Origin: Desulfomonilia bacterium
GTDB taxonomy: Bacteria > Desulfobacterota > Desulfomonilia > UBA1062
Direction of reading: 5' to 3'
Length of the DNA: 64,000 bases
NCBI GenBank assembly: GCA_963664325.2
Contig: CAXXDQ010000005.1
Location: 96,001-160,000, forward strand
Shown here: in pieces, positions 18,014 to 28,048 of the stretch
Numbering within the stretch: the first letter of the stretch is position 1
Layout: every line of letters starts with the position of its first letter
Translations under genes and position numbers: made by a program
Notes under the pieces: generated by a model
What the model was told of the DNA's origin: nothing
Seen by the model: the letters and a program-made list of their open reading frames with translations, nothing else
Databases searched by the model: none

Positions 18014-18757
18014 ATGCTGGCTATAGATATAGGCAATACCTTTATAAAGGCGGCTGTCGTTGATGGCAGGGGCGTTTCAAATATAAGTTATCTCTCAACA
18101 GAGAAGTGCATAAGAGAGAATAAATTCTTTCCCTTGCTGCCCTTAAAAAAAATCAGCGCTAACGGCATTGCCATTGCCAGTGTGAGGAAGCAGGCGCTTG
18201 AAATAATAATGAATGAAGCGCGAAGCTTGTTTGGCGGAGCACCTTTCATTGTGGATATCTCAACAGACACCGGGATTAAAAACCTGTATCTCACCCCTGA
18301 TACGCTTGGCATCGACAGGCTGGTAACCTCTGCAGCTGCGTGGCATCTGTACCGGCAGGGAGACAGTCCGGTTATAACGGTAGACATGGGAACCGCCACG
18401 ACGATAGACCTGGTAAGCTCAAAGGGCGAATTTATGGGCGGCATAATTGCGCCCGGTCTGGAAAGTGCGCTTGAGGGCCTGCTTGAGAACGCACCCGAAC
18501 TCCCGAGAGTCATTGTTGAAAAGGTCAACAGGCTTATCGGCAGGACCACCGCCGAGTGTATGTCATCAGGAGCTGTCGCATCGCAAGCCGCGATGATAAG
18601 GGGATTAACGGACATGATCGATCCACACGCTGTTGCCGTTGTCACGGGAGGTATGGCTCCGGTGATATCAAACTGGCTGAACGGACGGTATATAATTGAT
18701 GAGAACCTTATGTTCAAGGGCCTTAAATTAATCTATGAAAGAAACCGCAATTCCTGA
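18014..18757 (+). CDS. coaX: Type III pantothenate kinase
   Basis: LAIDIGNT, LGIDR, VDMGTATT, GGIIAPG, TGG. Confidence 0.95.
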   Translation: MLAIDIGNTFIKAAVVDGRGVSNISYLSTEKCIRENKFFPLLPLKKISANGIAIASVRKQALEIIMNEARSLFGGAPFIVDISTDTGIKNLYLTPDTLGIDRLVTSAAAWHLYRQGDSPVITVDMGTATTIDLVSSKGEFMGGIIAPGLESALEGLLENAPELPRVIVEKVNRLIGRTTAECMSSGAVASQAAMIRGLTDMIDPHAVAVVTGGMAPVISNWLNGRYIIDENLMFKGLKLIYERNRNS

Positions 18758-18811
18758 AAAATACCGCATGAAGCCCTTGTTGCATTCTATTTTTTGAGTT
18801 AGGATGAAACC

Positions 18812-20653
18812 ATGAAATCAGGACCAGCCAGACACATGTTGAGCATCATCTTTTCCCTTGTAATTACCCTATGCATGGCAATCCCGGCAGAAGCAGGGGC
18901 AACGGCCGCATCCCTTTATCAGCAGGCAAACAAAGGCTATGTCGAGCTGTCCCGGGACGCCGCCCTGAAAAAGGATAAAGACAACTGGATAAAGGTAATA
19001 AAGCAGTTCGAAACGGTTGTTAAGAAATATCCAAAGTCAGCGCAGGCCCCCAAATCCCTCATCATGGAAGGTAAGCTCTATGAGCAGGTTTACGGCTATT
19101 TCTGGAAGAAAAAAGACCTTGATGCGGCGCTTTTGGCCTTTGGAACGGTCGTCGACAAATACCCGGACAGCCCTGTTGCCGATGATGCCCTGTTCAGGCA
19201 AGCCAGGCTGTATGAGACAAGGCTGAAGGACAAAAAAAAGGCGGTTGAACTTTACAGGCAGATAGTAACGCAATATCCCAAAAGCGATACGGCACAGCAG
19301 GCGCGCGAGGAGTTGAACGCAATAAACATCAAGGATGAGGCGACTGTACAGAAAACTGAAATAAAGAAGACTGCAAAAGCGGATAAAAAGGCCGGCGGGG
19401 ATAGCCTTAAGGAAAAAGGGCCGGCAGAACCGAAAGAGGACAAGGGAGAACAGGCCTCCGCCGGCCCGGTTAATGTCAAGAATATCCGGCAGTGGTCTGA
19501 CAGCGACTATACGAGATTTGTAATAGAACTTGACGGTGATGCGGCTTTCAAGACATTTTCCCTGCCTCCCAACGAGGAGGCTGCCAGGCCCCAGCGTATC
19601 GTTATGGATGTCATGGGTGCCAGGCTGTCTAAAGGCATACCGCTGAAAGCGGACCTTAACGACGCCCTGCTTAAGACCATGCATGTCAGCCAGAATACAA
19701 AGGACAAAGTGAGAATCGTGCTGGATCTCAGTTCAAAGGCGGACTACAAGGCGTTCCCGATGGAAAACCCGTCAAGGATCATACTTGATATAAAGTCAGG
19801 TCCCGACACCCCGGCTGCTGTGGTGTGTGATCCCAAGGATATAAAGAAGCTCTCGCCTCAGTCTGAAACCGAATTCCATAAGGTCAAGAAATACTCTTCA
19901 TCACAGGTGCCGGAAGACAGCCCTTCGATTCCCAAGCAGCTTTCACTCAAGGTCTCCAAGATAGTAGTAGATGCAGGCCACGGGGGAAAGGACCCGGGAG
20001 GGCTGGGGCCCAACGGCGAGAAGGAAAAGGAAATCAATCTGGCTGTCGCCAGGCAGCTGGCAAAAAGGCTGAAAGACCAGGGTTACGAGGTCCTGCTTAC
20101 CAGGGATAGCGATGTGTTCATACCTCTGGAAGAAAGGACGGCCTTTGCCAACAGGAAGAAGGCCGATCTGTTCATATCCGTGCATGTGAATGCAAACGAC
20201 AATTCTGACATCACCGGTATTGAAACATATTTCCTGAACCTGACCACCGATGCCTCGGCCATTCGTGTTGCGGCCCGTGAAAACGCCACTACTACAAAGT
20301 CAATAAGCGATCTCCAGTTTATTATAAACGATCTTATGCTGACATCGAAAATAAATGAATCCTCAAGGTTTGCATCATCGACTCAAAAATCCATAATCGG
20401 CTCCCTTGACAAGAATGAAATTGCCACAAAGGATCATGGTGTGAAGCAGGCCCCGTTTTATGTCCTGATAGGGGCCAAGATGCCGGCCATTCTCGTCGAG
20501 ATAGGCTTTATCACTAATCCGAACGAATGCGAACTGCTGCACAGCGATGAGTATCAGCAAAGCATTGTCGACGGGATAGTGGTGGGAATAAATACATATG
20601 TCTCGAATACATGCTATGCTCTCAAGGACAAAGACAGGGAGAAGATACAATGA
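18812..20653 (+). CDS. N-acetylmuramoyl-L-alanine amidase (TPR + AMIN + Amidase_3)
   Basis: VDAGHGGKDPG, EKEINL, LTRDSD, ISVHVN, LVEIGF; N-terminal TPR-like repeats. Confidence 0.93.
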   Translation: MKSGPARHMLSIIFSLVITLCMAIPAEAGATAASLYQQANKGYVELSRDAALKKDKDNWIKVIKQFETVVKKYPKSAQAPKSLIMEGKLYEQVYGYFWKKKDLDAALLAFGTVVDKYPDSPVADDALFRQARLYETRLKDKKKAVELYRQIVTQYPKSDTAQQAREELNAINIKDEATVQKTEIKKTAKADKKAGGDSLKEKGPAEPKEDKGEQASAGPVNVKNIRQWSDSDYTRFVIELDGDAAFKTFSLPPNEEAARPQRIVMDVMGARLSKGIPLKADLNDALLKTMHVSQNTKDKVRIVLDLSSKADYKAFPMENPSRIILDIKSGPDTPAAVVCDPKDIKKLSPQSETEFHKVKKYSSSQVPEDSPSIPKQLSLKVSKIVVDAGHGGKDPGGLGPNGEKEKEINLAVARQLAKRLKDQGYEVLLTRDSDVFIPLEERTAFANRKKADLFISVHVNANDNSDITGIETYFLNLTTDASAIRVAARENATTTKSISDLQFIINDLMLTSKINESSRFASSTQKSIIGSLDKNEIATKDHGVKQAPFYVLIGAKMPAILVEIGFITNPNECELLHSDEYQQSIVDGIVVGINTYVSNTCYALKDKDREKIQ

Positions 20654-21297
20654 GAAAGGCTTATCCTCTTATACTTTCCATAATATTCACTTTTATAATC
20701 GGAGCAGGTTATGGAAAGAGCAATATCATGGAAAAGCAGATAGGCGCCCCCGGCCCTGATTTGTCGGTCACTGCCCGGGAAGTCAAGCCGGCAAACGCTT
20801 ATGCCGATAAAAAAGTGGAAATTGCCTGCAATAATGTACCGTTTAACCCGTTTACCATTCACCTGGAAATGAATCAGTACAAGGAGACCGCATTGGCTGC
20901 GGCTTCCGAATACGGCAATTCCATCGGGCAGACTTTCGTTACCAGAACACCGGTTGCAAACAGCACATGGTACTCCGTAGATCATGGTTCGTTCAGGAAC
21001 GCCAAAGATGCGGTAACAAAGATGCAGGACCTGAAAGCCAAAGGGCTTATTCCAAAGGATGCCTATGTCGGCGCACCTATGCCTTATGCCGTGGAAATCG
21101 CTTCCGCCCTCACAAGGGAAAAGGCCTTGAAGGAAATCTCCCGGGCCAGAAAATCGGGAGTTTCCGCATATATAATCCAGGGGAATGAAAACTGTTTCCG
21201 TGTCATGTCGGGCGCTTTCCCGAACAGGGATACAGCAGGTTTTTATGAAAAGGAAATCAGAAATCTTGGCCTGCCTGCCAGGGTTGCTCCGCGATGA
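20650..21297 (+). CDS. SPOR-domain periplasmic protein
   Basis: ATGA overlap with amidase; signal peptide; two SPOR-like repeats (WYSVDHGSF, FRVMSGAF). Confidence 0.7.
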   Translation: MRKAYPLILSIIFTFIIGAGYGKSNIMEKQIGAPGPDLSVTAREVKPANAYADKKVEIACNNVPFNPFTIHLEMNQYKETALAAASEYGNSIGQTFVTRTPVANSTWYSVDHGSFRNAKDAVTKMQDLKAKGLIPKDAYVGAPMPYAVEIASALTREKALKEISRARKSGVSAYIIQGNENCFRVMSGAFPNRDTAGFYEKEIRNLGLPARVAPR

Positions 21298-22178
21298 ACG
21301 ATGCATTGATTGATTCATTTATCGAATACCTTGTTACCGAGAGATCCTCTTCCGAAAATACCATGTCTTCATATTCGAACGACTTGAAGGCCTACGGTTT
21401 GTGGCTTGATGAAAAAGGCCTGGATTTCGAAAAGGTTGACTACTACGAACTGGCGGACTATCTGGCCTTCATGAAGGAGTCTGGCCTTAAAACGACCAGC
21501 GTCAACAGAAAGCTTTCCACAATCAGGCAGTTTTACAGGTTTCTTCTTGATGAAGGCATCATAGAAAAGGACCCGGCAAGGGAGGTTCTCATGCCCAAGA
21601 GGGCGCAATACCTGCCTGAAGTCCTTAATGTCAGCGAGGTGGAGGGTCTCCTGAATGCACCCGATACGTCAAAGCCTTTAGGCAAAAGAGATAAGGCCAT
21701 GCTGGAGCTTCTTTATGCCACCGGTCTCAGGGTCAGCGAGCTTGTAAAGCTGAAACTCAATAACATCAACCTGGGTTCCGGTTTTCTTATAACAAAGGGC
21801 AAGGGCGGAAAAGAGAGGCTCGTCCCCATGGGGGAGAAGGCAATTTTATGGACAAGGGAATATATTGAAACCGTAAGGCCATCCATGTCCATGAAAAAAA
21901 GCGAGATACTCTTTTTCTCAAACAGGGGAACAGCCATGACCAGACAGAATTTCTGGTATATCATCAAGCGCTATGCTCTATCTGCAGGCATATACAGGGA
22001 TATCTCGCCTCATACGCTGAGGCATTCGTTTGCCACCCACCTGCTGACCGGAGGGGCGGACCTGCGTTCCGTTCAGATGATGCTGGGCCATTCGGACATA
22101 TCCACGACGCAGATATACACCCATATTACCTCGCAGAGGCTTAAAGAGGTGCATACCCGCTATCACCCGAGAGGCTGA
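21294..22178 (+). CDS. xerD: Tyrosine recombinase XerD
   Basis: LYATGLRVSEL, GKGGKER, HTLRHSFATHLL..GADLRSVQ.MLGH..ISTTQIYTH. Confidence 0.95.
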   Translation: MNDALIDSFIEYLVTERSSSENTMSSYSNDLKAYGLWLDEKGLDFEKVDYYELADYLAFMKESGLKTTSVNRKLSTIRQFYRFLLDEGIIEKDPAREVLMPKRAQYLPEVLNVSEVEGLLNAPDTSKPLGKRDKAMLELLYATGLRVSELVKLKLNNINLGSGFLITKGKGGKERLVPMGEKAILWTREYIETVRPSMSMKKSEILFFSNRGTAMTRQNFWYIIKRYALSAGIYRDISPHTLRHSFATHLLTGGADLRSVQMMLGHSDISTTQIYTHITSQRLKEVHTRYHPRG

Positions 22179-22179
22179 T

Positions 22180-24813
22180 GTGGAGGTTATCACTACCCAT
22201 ATCCAGGCCGATTTCGATTCGTTTGCATCCATGCTTGCGGCAAAACTCCTGTATCCGGATGCCGTGCTTGTTTTTCCCGGTGCGCAGGAAAAAAGCGTGC
22301 GCGATTACCTGCAGGGCGCAGGCAAAGAGTTTTCGGGTTCGATTGAGAAACTCCGCCAGGACAGGCTCGGCGAGATAACCAGGCTAGTGGTTGTCGATAC
22401 GAAGCAGGCATCGCGCATCGGTGTGTTCTCTGAGATAATCGGCAGGCCCGGTCTCGAGATTATTGTTTACGACCACCACAGGGCCTCTGCTGATGATATA
22501 TCAGGGACAGTGGAACACTGTGAAGAGCTCGGCTCGACAGCAGCCCTTATGGTGGAAGAGCTTAATCGCAACGGTATAACGCCGCCGCATGAAGTTGCCA
22601 CTGTCATGGCCATGGGCATATTCGAAGACACCGGGTCGCTGCTGTTCCCTTCCGTGACGGCCAGGGACTGCATAGCGTATGCGAGCCTTATCTCATGGGG
22701 AGCGGACGTCAATCAGGTCTCAAGGATGGTCTCAAAGGAACTCAGCCCCGTGCAGGTGGATGTCCTTGACCAGCTCATAAAGAATTCACGGACATATCAT
22801 ATAAACGGCATCGATGTCATGTTTACACAGTCCGTGTCCCTGGAATACGTTGAAGATTTTGCCATGCTTGTCCACAAGTTGAGGCCCATGTTTGCGGAAG
22901 AGGCGATATTCGCATTCGGGCAGATGGGGGAGAGGATATATCTCGTTGCAAGGAGCTCCATCCCTCAGATCAATTCGGCTGATGCAACGGCAATCTTCGG
23001 CGGCGGGGGACACCCGAGCGCCTCGGCGGCTTCGGTAAAGGACATGGGTCTTGACCAGGCGCAGGCCGCATTGCTGAAGCATCTGAAGAAGACGACCAAG
23101 CCCAGGATAACTGCCAGGGACATCATGACCTTTCCGGTGAAAGGGATATACCTTGACTCCACGATCGACGACGCCAGCGACGTGCTCAACAAATACAACA
23201 TAAACGCCGCCCCGGTAAAATCAAAAGACGAGAAACTCCTCGGCCTTGTAACCAGGCAGGTGGTGAGCCGGGCGCAGGGGCATAACCTCGGCGGCTCAAA
23301 GGTGATCGAGTATATGATCCGCGACATCAGGACGGTAAGACCCGAGGCCTCGGTCGGAGAAATAAGGTCACTTGTCATAGACGGGTTTCAGCGGCTCCTG
23401 CCGGTAATGGATGATAAAAAGGTGATAGGCGTCATAACCCGCACGGACCTTATGCGCATTATGCATGAAAAGATGGGAAAGAGTGAAGGCCTGCAGTCTT
23501 CGTCGCCTCCCAAGAAATATGTCCAGTCCCTCCTGTTTGAAAGGCTGCCGAAAGAGCTTTATGAGCTGATGAGAAGGGCTGGTGAACTGGCCACCGAAAT
23601 GGGTTTCAACCTCTTCATCGTGGGCGGCATAGTCCGGGACATGGTCATGCGCATTGACAATCTTGACATCGACCTTGTTGTCGAAGGCGACGGGATAGCC
23701 TTTGCAAAGGAACTTGCAAAGGTGAACGGTGCCCGGATCGCCTCCCATGAGAAATACAAGACGGCGGTTTTGACGCTCAAAAACGGCCGGCATATTGATA
23801 TCGCCACGGCCAGGCTTGAATACTACAAGATACCCGGCGGTTTCCCGGTGGTCGAGGAGTCGACTCTCAAGCTCGACCTGTACAGGAGGGATTTCACGAT
23901 AAACACACTGGCGATTGCGCTTAATCCCAGCCGGTTCGGCGAGATGATAGACTTTTTCGGCGGCCAGAGGGACATCAAGGAAAAGAGGATAAGGGTGCTC
24001 CATTCTCTCAGCTTTGTAGAAGACCCGTCGCGTATTTTAAGGGCCGTCCGGTTTGAAAAGCGCCTGGGATTCGCGCTTGGCAGGCAGACCCTTTCACTGG
24101 TCCATTCAGCGGTCTCATCAGGGTTTTTACACGGCATACCGGGCAGGCGTATATTCCATGAAATAGGTCAGATACTGTCCGAGGACGACCCTTTGCCCGC
24201 TATGGAGAGGCTGTGGGAGCTGGGGGTCCTTGAAACCATACACAAGGGAATCATCTATAACGAGCAAACGGCTGAGCTGTTCAGGCATGTGAAGGAGACG
24301 CTCAGCTGGTTCAGCCTGCTCTATACGCATGAAAGGCTCAGGCACTGGTTTGTGTTCATGATGGCGCTTACGGACCAGATGAAGCCCAAGACGATTATCG
24401 CAATCGGCGAAAGTCTCGGGGTGGGTATGGAGGAAATACGGCAGCTCCTGAGCGCGAAGACCTCCGCCTTTGAAATGTTCAAGGCCTTTGCCATGGAAAA
24501 GGAAAGGTCCGCGGCATGGGTGGTCAATACCGTTGAAGGCGCAAGCCTGGAAGAGATACTGTTCGTGATGTCAAAGACCAGGAGCATCGACATGAAGGAG
24601 AGGATCTCGTCGTTTATCACAGCCTGGCGCCATTTCAAGCCTCCCGTTACCGGCAAAGACCTAATCAGAATCGGTTTCAGGCAGAACAAGCATCTGGGCG
24701 TCTGCCTCAAGGAGATAAGGGACAGGGGCCTCAACGGAGAGATAAAGGATTATAACGAGGCCATGCTTTTCGCCAGAAAGATGCTGGCTGAGCAGAAAAG
24801 AGAAGAAGGTTGA
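22180..24813 (+). CDS. tRNA nucleotidyltransferase with DHH and CBS domains (A-adding type)
   Basis: DHH, GGGH, two CBS domains, VGGIVRD..DID, ATARLEYY..PG, RRDFTIN, EDPSRILRAVRF. Confidence 0.9.
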   Translation: MEVITTHIQADFDSFASMLAAKLLYPDAVLVFPGAQEKSVRDYLQGAGKEFSGSIEKLRQDRLGEITRLVVVDTKQASRIGVFSEIIGRPGLEIIVYDHHRASADDISGTVEHCEELGSTAALMVEELNRNGITPPHEVATVMAMGIFEDTGSLLFPSVTARDCIAYASLISWGADVNQVSRMVSKELSPVQVDVLDQLIKNSRTYHINGIDVMFTQSVSLEYVEDFAMLVHKLRPMFAEEAIFAFGQMGERIYLVARSSIPQINSADATAIFGGGGHPSASAASVKDMGLDQAQAALLKHLKKTTKPRITARDIMTFPVKGIYLDSTIDDASDVLNKYNINAAPVKSKDEKLLGLVTRQVVSRAQGHNLGGSKVIEYMIRDIRTVRPEASVGEIRSLVIDGFQRLLPVMDDKKVIGVITRTDLMRIMHEKMGKSEGLQSSSPPKKYVQSLLFERLPKELYELMRRAGELATEMGFNLFIVGGIVRDMVMRIDNLDIDLVVEGDGIAFAKELAKVNGARIASHEKYKTAVLTLKNGRHIDIATARLEYYKIPGGFPVVEESTLKLDLYRRDFTINTLAIALNPSRFGEMIDFFGGQRDIKEKRIRVLHSLSFVEDPSRILRAVRFEKRLGFALGRQTLSLVHSAVSSGFLHGIPGRRIFHEIGQILSEDDPLPAMERLWELGVLETIHKGIIYNEQTAELFRHVKETLSWFSLLYTHERLRHWFVFMMALTDQMKPKTIIAIGESLGVGMEEIRQLLSAKTSAFEMFKAFAMEKERSAAWVVNTVEGASLEEILFVMSKTRSIDMKERISSFITAWRHFKPPVTGKDLIRIGFRQNKHLGVCLKEIRDRGLNGEIKDYNEAMLFARKMLAEQKREEG

Positions 24814-24857
24814 CTTGAGAATATCAAATCCTGTAATCAGTCATCACTGAAACTTGT

Positions 24858-24930
24858 GGGGATGTAGCTCAGCTGGGAGAGCACAGCGTTCGCAATGCTG
24901 GGGTCGAGGGTTCGAATCCCTTCATCTCCA
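24858..24930 (+). tRNA. tRNA-Ala(CGC), CCA not encoded
   Basis: GGGGATG/CATCTCC acceptor stem with G3:U70; anticodon loop TTCGCAA; TTCGAAT T-loop. Confidence 0.95.
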
Positions 24931-25178
24931 CTTTTAAATTATTTATTTTAAAAGATAGCTCATATTTATATATCGAAATGCCATGTATAAAACATATGTA
25001 TTGAGAATATAATATTGATCGTTTGAATTTTACTGAATTTGCCCTTTGCTCTGAAAATATTTAAACAACTTTAAAAGTCCTTTTGTTTTCCATCTGAAAA
25101 TACTTTTCAAATGTTTTGTTTGTTAAGCTTGGTGCAGTCAAAGTTTTTTCTGAATCATAAACTTAAACTTTCCTGGTT

Positions 25179-25849
25179 GCTGTTTTATTCTCTGCTTTCT
25201 AACTCAGGTATTTGGAACCGGAAATTAAGGTTTATCCTGATTTAACAATATTCTAAACCCTGCAAAATGAAACTGTAAAAACTAAAAAAAGGGAGGATTA
25301 AGGCTGTGAAGAAGACAACGGTATTGGTTATAGTATTTATAATAGCGGTTTTCACAAATGCAAACGCTGAAGAATTCAAAGGCTATCTCTCTGACGCGAT
25401 ATGCGGAATCAGCGGCACTGAACCTTACGGCAACGATCTAACCTTAAACCCGGAAAGACTTACGATAGAAACCATGAGAACCCCGGCATGTGTTGCGGCA
25501 GGATATGGAATATTTATCTACAATAATGATTATAAAAAATTCATTTTCCACAAATTTGATAAAGACGGCAGCGATATGGCAAAAAAGCAAATTGTTGATG
25601 TCTATAACCAGAAAGATAATGTTGCAATAATTGTAGATGGTGAGCTTCTGGGTGATGGCTCAATCAAGGTTTCAAGGATTATGGAGGATAAAAAAATTCG
25701 CCTCAAAAATGAAATAAATAATACATGGTGGGAAAGGGAGTAGTTGAACCTGCAACAAATGGCAAATCATTAAGCGCAATATACAACCGGCGAGGGGTTT
25801 TAAAGAATCTGAGTATGAATGCATTTAACCCCCTGCCGGTTGTTGATTC
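25179..25849 (+). repeat. Tandem duplication, copy 1 (leader + gene + 3' hairpin)
   Basis: Near-identical leader ttctctgctttctaactcaggtattt.gaaccggaaattaaggtttatcctgatttaacaa and trailer ...ccccctgccggttgttgattc in both copies. Confidence 0.9.
25306..25743 (+). CDS. Secreted hypothetical protein, paralog A
   Basis: Signal peptide (ANA cleavage); GYLSD.IC...PAC.AAGYG; GGGAGG RBS. Confidence 0.85.
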   Translation: MKKTTVLVIVFIIAVFTNANAEEFKGYLSDAICGISGTEPYGNDLTLNPERLTIETMRTPACVAAGYGIFIYNNDYKKFIFHKFDKDGSDMAKKQIVDVYNQKDNVAIIVDGELLGDGSIKVSRIMEDKKIRLKNEINNTWWERE

Positions 25850-26037
25850 ATTGAAACTAGTATTCGATCCACACCCCACCCACCGCTTATTTTTACTGCC
25901 CTGTCTCACTGCAAGAATTTCTGCCATCACAAGATTGATTCATTGAAAGTCTTATGTCATTCACCTTTATTCTCATGTGTCAAAAGTTTTATTGCCATTA
26001 AAGTTTTCATGAACCAAGGATTCAAGCCGTCTCGATA

Positions 26038-26710
26038 GCTGTTGTATTCTCTGCTTTCTAACTCAGGTATTTTGAACCGGAAATTAAGGTTTATCCTGAT
26101 TTAACAACTTTCTAAACCTTGCAAAATAAGATTGTAAAAATAAAAAATAAATGGAGGTTTAAGATTATGAAGAAGATTACAGTATTGGCAATAGTTTTTA
26201 TTATAGCTGCTTTCACAAATGTAAACGCGGCAGAATTCAAGGGCTATCTCTCTGATGTGATATGCGGAACCACCGGCATTGAACCTTATGGCAACGATCT
26301 CACCGTGAATCCGGGAAAAAACACTATTGAAACCATGAGAACTCCGGCATGTGCTGCGGCAGGTTATGGAATATTTATCTACAATAATAATTATAAAAGA
26401 TACATTTTTCACAAATTTGATAAAGCCGGCAGCGATATGGCAAAAAAGCAGATTGTTGACGTGTATGACCAGAATGATAATGTTGCAATAATTGTAGATG
26501 GTACTCCTTTAGATGATGGCTCGATCAAGGTTTCAAGAATTATGCTGGATAAAAGTTTCCGACTCAAAGGTGAAGGTGTTAAAAAAATGTGGGAAAATGA
26601 GTAGTTGAACCTGCAGCAAATGACAAATCATTAAGCGCCATATACAACCGGCTAGGGATTTTAAAGAATCTGAATATGAATGCATTTAACCCCCTGCCGG
26701 TTGTTGATTC
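26038..26710 (+). repeat. Tandem duplication, copy 2
   Basis: Matches copy 1 in leader, CDS and trailer. Confidence 0.9.
26167..26604 (+). CDS. Secreted hypothetical protein, paralog B
   Basis: Same length (145 aa) and highly similar to 25306..25743; GGAGG RBS. Confidence 0.85.
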   Translation: MKKITVLAIVFIIAAFTNVNAAEFKGYLSDVICGTTGIEPYGNDLTVNPGKNTIETMRTPACAAAGYGIFIYNNNYKRYIFHKFDKAGSDMAKKQIVDVYDQNDNVAIIVDGTPLDDGSIKVSRIMLDKSFRLKGEGVKKMWENE

Positions 26711-26814
26711 TTTGATGACGGTGCCTGCTATATGACATCTCCATTAATTGTAAAACAGCAAGTTGGAGGAATGGACTCTTAAATATCGGTCTGCCGGGTC
26801 CGGCGAGATATTCA

Positions 26815-26899
26815 TGGTGCGAGAGAAGGGACTTGAACCCCCACGGATCACTCCACCAGATCCTAAGTCTGGCGCGTCTGCCAGTTCCGCCACTCTCGC
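26815..26899 (-). tRNA. tRNA-Leu(TAG), CCA encoded
   Basis: GCGAGAGTGGCGGAACTGGCAGACGCGCCAGACTTAGGATCTGG...GGTTCAAGTCC...CTCTCGCACCA; long variable arm. Confidence 0.95.
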
Positions 26900-26981
26900 C
26901 CGTTCCCCTTCTATCAATATGAGGGCATGTTTTGTCAAGAAGCTTTTCGGATTGAACTTGCGGGTATGAATTGATACGGGT

Positions 26982-27953
26982 TCAGGATGAGAGGCGGGCC
27001 CCTTTGACAAGGTAGTCCTGAATGTATTCCCTGACGCCTTCTTCAAGCGGAGCCGGCTCGTCATTAAAGCCTGCTTTTACAAGCTTTGAAGTGTCTGCCA
27101 GTGTAAAATACTGATACTTGTCCCTTAATGTCTCAGGCATGTCGATAAAGTCTATGGCAGGCTCCATCCCGAGGGAGGCGAATATGGCGTTTGCAAGGTC
27201 CAGCCAGGTGCGTGCATGGCCTGCACCTACATTGAAGATGCCCGATATGTCCCTATTATCCAGAAAAAAAAGGACTGCCCTGACCGCATCCTTTACATAG
27301 ATGAAATCCCTTTTCTGGCAGCCGTCATTGTATTCCTGATTGTACGATTTGAAGAGCTTCAGCCTTCCGGACTCCCTGACCTGTTCGAAACCCTTGTGGA
27401 CAAAACTTCTCATATCCGCCTTGTGGTATTCGTTCGGGCCGTAGACATTGAAGAATTTAAGGCCTGCCATCGTCGAGAGAAAGCCCATCCTTTTTGCCCA
27501 CAGGTCGAAGAGCTGCTTTGAAAAGCCGTACATGTTAAGCGGCATCAGTCCTTCAAGCCTTGATTCATCATCGGAAAAACCCTTTGATCCGTCACCGTAA
27601 GTGGCTGCCGATGATGCGTAAATAAACCTGATGCCTTTACCGGCTGAATAAAGGGCCAGGTCTTTTGTAAACTGGAAGTTGTTCCTGACAAGGTAGGTCG
27701 CATCCGCCTCGGTCGTTGAAGAACAGGCCCCCATGTGGATTATGGCATCGATCTCAGGCGGTGCGCCCGAATGTATCCGGGCGAGGAAGTCGTCTTTTTC
27801 CCTGTAATCTGCGAAGGCGAGGCCTCTCAGATTTTTCCACTTTGAAGAGGTTCCCAGATGGTCGACAGCCAGGATATCATCCATGCCCCTCTGATTCAGG
27901 GCATGAATGACCGCGCTGCCTATGAAGCCCGCCCCGCCTGTGACTGCTATCAA
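26982..27953 (-). CDS. hldD: ADP-L-glycero-D-manno-heptose 6-epimerase
   Basis: VTGGAGFIGS, HMGACSSTTE, YASSAATYG, PLNMYGFSK, FFNVYGPNEYHK, YQYFT. Confidence 0.95.
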   Translation of the reverse strand: MIAVTGGAGFIGSAVIHALNQRGMDDILAVDHLGTSSKWKNLRGLAFADYREKDDFLARIHSGAPPEIDAIIHMGACSSTTEADATYLVRNNFQFTKDLALYSAGKGIRFIYASSAATYGDGSKGFSDDESRLEGLMPLNMYGFSKQLFDLWAKRMGFLSTMAGLKFFNVYGPNEYHKADMRSFVHKGFEQVRESGRLKLFKSYNQEYNDGCQKRDFIYVKDAVRAVLFFLDNRDISGIFNVGAGHARTWLDLANAIFASLGMEPAIDFIDMPETLRDKYQYFTLADTSKLVKAGFNDEPAPLEEGVREYIQDYLVKGARLSS

Positions 27954-28048
27954 TTTTGACTCCTGATTAAAATGGTGGTGAGAAAAGGTATTAACGCCCG
28001 ATAAAACCCTGCATTAACTCTTCACTCACCACTGTTAACTCTACACTC

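Noticed and set aside
21294-22178. Tyrosine recombinase as a phage or island integrase
   Set aside because: Typical XerD sequence inside a housekeeping operon; no att sites or phage genes
26744-27064. ORFs 26744..27064 and 26763..26969
   Set aside because: They overlap tRNA-Leu and are spurious
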